From positions 34,472,001-34,536,000 of the forward strand of contig NC_082712.1 in NCBI RefSeq assembly GCF_030144855.1: DNA of 64,000 bases, read 5' to 3'. Shown piece after piece: positions 63,618 through 64,000 of the stretch. The notes beneath the pieces were generated by a model, which was not told the origin of the DNA, did no database searches, and worked only from the letters and a program-made list of their open reading frames with translations. The stretch's first letter is position 1. Each line of letters opens with the position of its first letter. The stretch comes from Hypanus sabinus (Eukaryota). A program made the position numbers and the translations under genes.

Positions 63618-64000
63618 GTACGTTTATTCAGTCTATTATTCTACTGTGAAGTAAAAGATGGATTATCTTTTACTTGCCTTAGTACAGTATTATTTTCATT
63701 TTGAGAAATCATTAGGAAGTTCAACATTAATTGTGGAATGATTATTTTCTTTTGCATGTTGTAAGAATTCAAGTGATTGAAAGGGAATTAGAAGATGTAT
63801 CAATCTCTTTCCAGCAGAAGAACATGGCCCTCCATAGGTATGATAAAATCCAGGATTCATTGTTGTGTTTTGGCTCTCAAGGCCAGTATTTTTGCTCATA
63901 CATTATACCTATGCATCTTTACCTATGGAGCATTGAAAGATGTTTATGTCAAGAATGGGTGGAAACATGCTTGGATGTATGCTATGTTCAATCTGCACTT

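Noticed and set aside
63696-63899. 67-aa minus-strand ORF
   Set aside because: No recognisable motif or convincing splice partners; it lies in a cenph intron.

Overview
Eukaryotic, intron-rich, AT-rich vertebrate DNA. The repeats (CR1, Rex1/Babar-type and L1/Tx1 LINEs, Penelope-like remnants, an HE1/V-type SINE) point to a cartilaginous fish, probably a ray (inference). I assembled four spliced protein-coding genes by hand; all joins are GT-AG and phase-consistent. (1) The 3' seven exons of cyclin B1 (ccnb1, +). (2) A complete, unrecognised gene (+, 10138-26407, 262-287 aa): an N-terminal PP1-docking RVxF motif, a caspase-2/RAIDD-like CARD and a coiled coil. (3) A complete, unrecognised gene (-, 48786-28868, 381 aa): a four-transmembrane protein whose basic N-terminus is rich in CDK sites. 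(4) The first four coding exons of CENP-H (cenph, +), which shares a CpG-island promoter carrying a CDE/CHR element head-to-head with gene 3. In human, CCNB1 and CENPH are direct neighbours, so the two unrecognised genes between them are the main candidate for an undescribed system: a possible CDK1/PP1-linked mitotic or germ-cell module. The functional part of that is inference. The rest of the window is intronic transposon debris, including several insertions with clear target-site duplications. No rRNA, tRNA gene or CRISPR array was seen.
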